DNA of 64,000 nt from Octopus sinensis (Eukaryota): the NCBI RefSeq assembly GCF_006345805.1, contig NC_043012.1, positions 33,170,001 to 33,234,000 on the forward strand, given 5' to 3'. Shown in pieces: positions 27,901 through 36,900 of the stretch. Numbering within the stretch: position 1 is the stretch's first letter; each line of letters begins with the position of its first letter. The position numbers and the translations under genes were made by a program. The notes under the pieces are model-generated. The model ran no database searches, had not been told where the DNA came from, and was given only the letters and a program-made list of their open reading frames with translations.

Positions 27901-30900
27901 AGACCCCGGTCAAACCGTCCAACCCATGCTAGCATGGAGAACGGACGTTAAACAATGATATGTGAAAGTGAACATAAATCTTTTGTTCCATATTTGTAAA
28001 TGTATACAAAAATGAAAATAATGTTGATTGTTGTTTTTGTTTCAGTGATAAAACCTGCCATAGTGATATCTTTGACAAGTTGGATGGTATATCTGTGATT
28101 GAAGGTATCATACAAAATGTACTAAGTCATCAAGAAATGGGGTAAGTACCAGAATATTATTTTGGTTTCTATGTTGGACGATCTCTGTTCCAAGTGCTTC
28201 ACAACTTGGAAAAGGTTTAAATGCTGCAACTTCTTATTCTTATTTCCTAGCATCATTCTGTGGTTTTATACCTAATGAAAAATATAAATATTGATATGGC
28301 CGTGTGATAAGAAGCTTGCTTCCCAACCACATAGTTCTGGGTTCAGTCCCGCCATGTTGCACCTTGGGCAAGTGTGTTCTACTATAGCTTTGGGCTAACC
28401 AACGCCTTGTGAGTGGATTTGGTAGGTGAAAACCTAACACCCACTACACTCTTGGAGTAGTTGGCATTAAGAAGGACATCCAGCTGTAGAAACTCTGCCA
28501 GATCAAGATTGGAGCCTGGTGCAGCCATCTGGTTCGCCAGCCCTCAGTCAAAATCGTCCAACCCATGCTAGCATGAAAAGCGGACGTTAAACGATGATGA
28601 TGATGATTTTCTATGTTTGTGAAGACGCATGGATCAGTGGTTTGAGTGCCAGGCTCACAATCATGAGGCAGTGAGTTCGATCCCTGGACCGGGCTGTGTG
28701 TTGTGTTCTTGAGCAAGACACTTTATTTCACATTACTCTAGTTCACTCATCTGTAGAAATGAGTTGCGACGTCACTGGTGCCAAGCGGTGTTGGACTTTG
28801 ACTTGGCCCTGGATAGTCAAAGGTGGAATGGAGAGGAGAGGCTGGTTTGTATGGGTAACTGCTGGTCTTCCATAAACACCCATGCCCAGACTTGTGCCTG
28901 GGAGGGTAACTTTCTAGGTGGAATCCCATGGTCATTCATGACTGAAAGATGTTTTTTCCCCTTTACCCTTAGCTGAGAGTTTTACATTTTTGTTACACAG
29001 GAAAGAGTATGGCTTAATGGTTACAGTGTTAGATTCATGACCACAAGATTGTGCTTTCAATTCCCAGATGGTGCATTGTGTTTGTGAGCAAAGAATTTTA
29101 TTTCATGTTGCTCCAGTTGACTCTGCTGTAGATGAATAATCATGCAATGGACTGGCATGGCTCAGTGGTTGGAGCATCAGGCTCACAATCACGAGGTAGT
29201 AAGTTCGATTCCTGGACTGGGCTTTGTGTTATGTTCTTGAGCAAGACACTTTATTTTATATTGCTTGAGTTCACTCAGCTATAGAAATAAATTGCAATGT
29301 CACTGGGGCCAAGCTATATCAGCCTCTGCTTTTTCCTTGGATAACACTGGTGGCGTGGAGAGGGGAGGCCGGTATGCATGGGTGACTGTTGGTCTTCCAT
29401 AAACAACCTTACCCAGACTTTCTAGGTGCAATCCTATGGTCATTCATGACCGAAGGGGGTCTCTAGTCTTTCATCCAGACTGGCATCCCATTCAGAAGGA
29501 ATATTGTGATCTCTATCCCTTGTACACCACGTAATGGGTAACCTGTCCTATAGGTGCTAAAGTACTTGAAATAGTAATGTCCAGGAGCGGGGAGAGGGTA
29601 ATGATGATGATAGTTTTTTTTTAATTCTGTTGTGTCTGGGGAGAGTCATTTTCTTTTTGTGCCTTATTATTTAACACACTGGCCATTGCCAGCGCCACCC
29701 CGACTGGCCTCGTGCCGGTGGCACGTAAAAAGCACCATCCATTCGTGGCCGTTGCCAACCTCGCCTGGCCCCCATGCCGGTGGCACATAAAAAGCACCAT
29801 CCGATCGTGGCCGTTTGCCAGACTCGTCTGGCACCTGTGCCGGTGGCACGTAAAAAGCACCCACTACACTCATGGAGTGGTTGGCGTTAGGAAGGGCATC
29901 CAGCCGTAGAAACACTGCCAGATCAGACTGGGCCTGGTGCAGCCTTCTGGCTTCCCAGACCCCAGTTGAACCGTCAACTCATGCTAGCATGGAAAGCGGA
30001 CGTTAAACGATGATGATGATGACTCACCGGTAAAATTTATGCTTTTTTCTTATTTTTATTGTCCTAAAATTTTCGTTGTGTCTTGCAACCTTTTCAATAG
30101 TTTGACTAGTTTTTTAAATGTTTTACCTTTGTATTTTTAGTGGCCAGTTGGTAACCGCTGATGAAGTACTGATGCAGGTGTTACCATTTTGTTCTGATAC
30201 TTCCATTGCTGTCCAACCTCGACTTGGTTTACTTGCAACTTTAGAAAAGGTAAATAATCTTTACTTTACACCTGTGTAGTCTTCTTTATCTTGTTCTTAT
30301 TGAACGCTAAAATGTGGGTGACCCTTTTGTTACCATATTTCTGTCGGCATATGCTGCCTTTGTATCAATAAATTTTTACAATGATGAAGAATTTAGCAAA
30401 ATGACTTTCTAATTATTAAGCTGGGGTCTGGAACAAATAAGCATGAAATTTTGATGGAAGATTATAATTTAGACGACTTTAAAACAGTGGGTTTCTGTCA
30501 TAGAACCTGGGGCGGTCTCAAGCAGCTTGATATCAAAAGGGTTAAATGGTAAGAGCACCAACCAATCGTGACTGTTGCCAGCCTCACCTGGCACCTGTGC
30601 CGCTGGCACGTAAAAAGCACCCACTACACTCATGGAGTGGTTGGCGTTAGGAAGGGCATCCAGCTGTAGAAACACTGCCAGATCAGACTGGAGCCTGGTG
30701 CAGCCTCCTGGCTTCCCAGACCCCAGTCGAACCGTCCAACCCATGCTATGCTAGCATGGAAAGCGGACGTTAAACGATAATGATGATGATGATGAATGAT
30801 GGTTTTAAAACAAAGCATATATATGACAGAGATTATGGTTACCTAATTTTTGTAATTCATTAGATGCAAGTAACTGAAGAGTATTTTTTTACTGCCGGAT

Positions 30901-33900
30901 ACTCTTCCTGTTGCCAACCATTGCCTGTTTCCAAGTAAGGCAATATTTCTCCATGACCAGACATGTTTTCATGGAGGGTTGGAAATGAAGCCACTGCTTG
31001 CATGACACTTAATTTGCAACATCATCATTTATCTTTTATTGTTTCAGTCATTGGACTGTGGTCATCCTGGGACATTGCTGATTGAATTGACATCTCACTT
31101 CTTATTTTTTGCTAAGCCTGATTCATACTCTATCAGTCTCTTTTTGCTGCGCTGCTAGGTTACGAGAATGTAAACACACCAACACTGGTTGTCAAGCAGT
31201 GGAGGGGAACACTTTCTCGGTGCAACCCCATGGTCATTCATGACTGAAGGGGGTCTTTTTCTAACATCATTGTACCTCATGCATTGTGCTTATAAAGATA
31301 TATTTATCCTTGATGCTGTTATTTCTATTATTTTGTTTAATCTATTAATTAACAAATCATGATGTTTTTCTCATTACCTGTACAAAACGATAAAGATATT
31401 ATTTCTTTAATTTGTATTAATTGCTTTGTTGATGTTTCCATTATCAGAACTTCAAACTTAAACCTGAAGACGTGAAATTGTTGCTGTTTTACCGAACTAG
31501 TGCCATCATTGAGGAATCTTGGCCAAACCACAAGGTACTGTATATTTCTGCTTATAAGATGACCTTTAAATTCTAAAAATTTGGGGTCGTCTTATACCAC
31601 CATTCTAAAAACCAAACTTTGAATTTTAAGTGATTTTATAAGTAAGTTGCCTTTCTGATAAGTAACCAGGTGGCTGGTCAGTTTCCTGAAATTAGTGTTG
31701 CAAGCAGTTTGGTCATTTGCATCACAGAATTCCAAGTGCTTTGATTCCTCTTCATTCTGTGTACCACAACTATAACTATCATGTACATTGAAATGATTAT
31801 GATAGTGTTGCCCAACATGCTTGTTGCTGTGATGATGAGGTTGATGTTATCTATTACTGAAGTAATCTACAAGATGTCCTCACAAAAGCAGTCCTTTTAT
31901 CTCTCTGTCAGTCCTCATTGTGGTGTTGCTGTCATGTTTCTTGTGATTGTTCTTAAGCTTGTAATATAAACAGTTGTGGACAGAATTCAGAATTATGCTT
32001 TATAGGTATTGTGCTGAAAGGTGAAGGGATATTTTTTTGTGTTTATTTCACCCTGTCTCTAATATCCCTTGTACTAGGGCTTGTCAATATTTTTTCGAGT
32101 ATAGATGTCAGTATAAATGTCACTGGGTCAAGAGGTCACATAATTTCAGTTGAGTCATAGCTAATCTATTATTCATTCATTGGACTGTGGTCATACTGGG
32201 GCACTGGCTTGAAGGGCTTAGTCAAAGAAATTAACCCTGCCAAGAGCACCATCAGAGCGTGATCGTTGCCAGAGCGGCTAACTGGCTTCCGTGCCAGTGG
32301 TACGTAAAAGGCACCATTCGAGTGTGATCGTTACCAGCATCACCTTACTGGCACCTGTGCCGGTGGCATGTGTAAAAAGATTTGAGCGAGGTCATTGCCA
32401 GTACCGCCTGACTGGCCCCCATGCCGGTGGCACGTAAAAGCACCCACTACACTCTCAGAGTGGTTGGCATTAGGAAGGGCATCCATCTGTAGAAACTCTG
32501 CCAGATCAAGATTGAAGCCTGGTGCAGCCATCTGGTTCGCCAGCCCACAGTCAAACCGTCCAACCCATGCTAGCATGGAAAGCGGACGTTAAACGATGAT
32601 GATGATGGGGGTATTTATTCTATCAGTCCCTTTTGCCAAACTGTTAAGTTACAAGGACATAAACAAACAACTACAGGTTTTCAGGTGGTGGTGGTGGTGG
32701 TGGAGGACAAATATAAACATGAAGTCACACATATGAATATGACAGGCTTCTTTCGGTTTTTGTCTACCGAATCCACTTGTAAGGCTTCGGTCAGCATGGA
32801 GCTATAGTAGAAGATATCTGCCCAAGGTGCCATGCAGTGGGACTGAACCCAAAACCATGTGCTTGGGAAGCAAACTTTTTAAGTCTGTGCTTATTAAAAA
32901 AAGTATCAATAATTAAAAATGTGCATCTTATGACAAACAGTTTTCTCTATTTAAAGATCATACATTTCTTCAAAGTGAAATTAAATCATGAAGGAATTCA
33001 TTTTAAATATGACTATAATTAAACTAGCACTATGACCCGGCTGCATGCGTGCGCACATAATGCAAGTACTGTTCAAATCTCTGACCAATCACATACAGCT
33101 AGGTGGCATTCAATTGGCGTATCAAGTTTTGGGCATTTTGATTGGATAGAAAATTCACGAAAAAGTCACTTCTATTGATTTTTTAATGGCTTTGCAGGGT
33201 GACTGGGGAAATGTAAAGATGTGCACGACCACCCTTGGACGGTTTTGAATGTCCATAGAAAGTGCGAGCCCTCTAACTGAAAAATTGTGGATTTGTATAA
33301 AGGATACACACACACACACAGACAGACATTTTGCCGTTTATATAGAGAGAGATTAATAATACATTTGTATCATCTTTCTGGAATCAATTTTATCCATTTC
33401 CTCCTTTTCTCACAGATTACTGATGATGAAATTCAGTCAGATGAATCGCGTCACAAGTTATTTACCAATTTACTTAGTTCCAGCACAAACAGTGGCCAGT
33501 TTACAGCAGTTTGTCAGTTGCTAAAAATGTGGCCTGCATTTGAGTGCAGGTAAGTTTATTGTTTCAACGTTTTTTTTTGTTTATATGTTTTTTTTTGCTT
33601 TAGTTTCTTTTACTTTTTCTATATCTCAACTAGCAAAGCAAACATTTGTAGTATTATAGCTAATAGTATGTTTATCTATAATTTATTATTAACATGAAGG
33701 ATAAGGAATTAGTGCAAATGGTAGCATGTCCTACAGTTTTTAGACTTGTTCCTCAAATGTACATTATTCTGAGTTGAAAATTCTCTGCTGTCTGTGGAAT
33801 AAGTGTTAGAAATGTACTGCTTTTCTCTTTTAAAATTGTTCCTGTGTATTTTCAAAAGATATTAACAGTTAAACAATCATTTCCTGAAAACAATATTATG

Positions 33901-36900
33901 TCTGAAAGATGGTTAAATTCTTCAATATTGTTTCAGTTTTCACTTTTTTTTTCTTTTGCTTTTTCTCTTCTGCGGAATGAAGCAGCAATCAGAATAATGC
34001 TTCAGACAACCCCTGGATTCAGTTGGTAACAAGCATGAGTACTGTTCCTGAATGTGTTCCAATGATTGGAACCATTTTAAAAGACATTCCTGAAGAAGCA
34101 GCTCTGAGTGAAGAGGTAATGCATTCCACTTTTTAAGAATTAGTATTAAATAAAACTTTATATTGTATTTTTTTTTGTATTTTTTCACATGCATGAATTA
34201 ATATACCTTGTTTCCCAAACCTTTTGGTTTGTGATGAAAGGTTACAAATTTTCCAGTTGTCATCATCATCATTTTATGCCTGTCTTTCATACTGGCAAAG
34301 GTTGGAATGGACCATCATAGTTTGAGTCAGTTCTTATTCAGAATTACTGGCTTTGTAAGTTGGAGAGCCTTGTCTCATTTGTACGTTCTGATTTCAGTAA
34401 GCTTTCTACAGTTGGTTGCCCTTCATAAAACATCAACTACTTTGCAGAGAATACCAGATACATTTAATTGTGGTGTCAGCACTAGAAGGGTGGTTGTTCT
34501 TGACAGGACTAAAAGATCTTCTTAATCCTACTGTTGTGAATTATAATATCCTATTATTAATCCCTTCCTACTATTGTAAATAGTAGATAAAAATATAGAA
34601 ATATTTTGTATTGAGTACGAAAATGCGACATAGTTTCGAATGATGTTAATGGATGGATGCTGTTTATACCTAATATAAAACATGTCTGTCTTAATCATTG
34701 GGCAGCCATAATTAATGGATTAGATGGTGAGCTGAACAAAGTTTGAATAAAAGCCTTCTTTTGAATTCGTTTACGACACCTACTTTTGTCACACATTTTT
34801 CTGAGTAACTTTTGGAGACTTATTGGAAAACATATGAAAAATATTGAATGTTGTAGCTGTTGGAATTGTTAGAACAGCAGCCTGCTCGTTAAAATCTTGA
34901 TGAGCTGTGTCCTGATTATTTATTCTTGTCAAGACCATTAGACACTTGTAGCTTAGATTATCATCATTATCATCATCATCGTTTAACATCCGCTTTCCAT
35001 GCTGGCATCATCAGTTTGATGGAGAGAGAGAGAGTGAGCTAACGTACAGCACATACATTTGATCACTATAAACAAACCATTTGTGCAGGTTGTTCTGCAA
35101 ATAGCTGAACTCTCATACGTCGTCTTCAAAGGAGAGTCCATCATGTTGGTTCTGAATGTTAATTTTTCTTCTAATCTCAGTCACATTACATCATCATCAT
35201 CATCATCGTTTGACGTCCGTTTTCCATGCTAGCATGGGTTGGACGGTTCGACCGGGGTCTGGGAAGCCAGGAGGCTGCACCAGGCTCCAGTCTGATCTGG
35301 CAGTGTTTTTACAGCTGGATGCCCTTCCTAACACCAACCACTCCGTGAGTGTAGTGGGTGCTTTTTATGTGCCACCAGCACAGGTGCAAGGGGAGGCTGG
35401 AAGCAGCCATGCTTGGTTGGTGCTTTTATGTGCCCCCGGCATGGAAGCCAGTCAAGGTGGTGCTGGCATCGGCCATGTTTGGGTGGTGCTTTTACGTGCC
35501 ACTGGCACAGGTGCCACTGGCACAGGTGTCACAACTACAATTTCCATTTGATATTTTGATGTTGATGCACTTGACTCAATAGGTCTCCTCAAGCACAGCC
35601 GTCTCCTCGTAGATATACTCTCAGTTCCCTCTTATTTAGCAATTACATTGATGGTAAACTCCTGACACTAGATTTTAAAGTTAACTTAGCTGTTTCAGCT
35701 ATAATTTGGAGCACTTTTTCAAAGAGGTAAGCATTAGCTAAACGTTTAATGTTATTTCTCTCTTTCTTTTCTTTTTTTCTTTTTACAGTGTGTTAAATAT
35801 ATAGTGGACCAACTGTTATCCAAGAACTATGTTGTAGCTGCTGTAAAAACTGCTTTGCTGTCACCATACAGTCACTTACATAAATCTACAATTGAACATT
35901 TGCAGGCACTAAAAGAGGTAATAGTCTTATCTTTTTAGTTAACCATTCCTGCTTTTATTGTTGTATTTAGGAATGGTCATTTTGCTAGTTTAGCCAATAA
36001 AAACACACGCACTTTATATTTGGTGTTACTTTGCTTCAGCGTTATATATTTTTTACATTAATCTTAATCTTATTTCGGCCAGAGTTATTTCGTCACACTC
36101 CTATGACCTCATCAGTGGTCCTTTGCTTTCTTCTTTCTTATTTGTGTGTCTCTCCTTTCTAACGGTCAGCCATTTTGTATTTTGTATTCCAAATATATAG
36201 TGCGTGTGTTTTTATTGGCTAAACTGGCAAAATGACCATTCCTAAATACAACAATATCTGTTTCAACACACGATTTCACATCAAAAATCTTGCAAAACAA
36301 ATATATAAATGTAATTCCTGCTCTTGTTTTTCATCAAAATATGATTTCTTACATTAGCATGGGACCTATACATTTTAAACAAAAGGATCTGGTTGATAGA
36401 ATTACTTCCAGCATATATGATTAGTAATTGCATATTGATATCTGAAAATTTGGGGGTTTGATTTGTATGCAAATATTGAGGAATCCTCATCATCATAGTC
36501 ATATAATATCCATGTTCCATGTCGCATGGTTTTGATGGTTTGATAGGATCTGATGTGTCCAAGGACTACATTGTTCTCCAGTGTCTACTTTGGTATGGTT
36601 TTTATGGCTGGATGCCCTTCCAGAGGATTGACCACTAAAAATGGACAGCCTGTATGCTAGATATAGACGTCAAAATCACCATTTTCCATGGAGAATGTGT
36701 TCTCAAGAAAAAATTCAGCAAAAAGCCAAAGCATAAAAATAAGTAAGACAAATGAAAATATACGAAATAAAAAAAATAAAAACCTTTTGGGGTTGATAAA
36801 ATAAGTACCAGGTGAGCACTATAGTAATCGACTTAGCCCCCACCTCACCCCAGAAATTGCCAGCCTTCTGCCAAAATTTGAAACTGTTTTATTAATTAAG

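Noticed and set aside
562-35582. Recurrent ORFs containing LQLDALPNANHS..VVGAF
   Set aside because: These are reading frames of the family E repeat, with inconsistent starts and frames; not a gene family.
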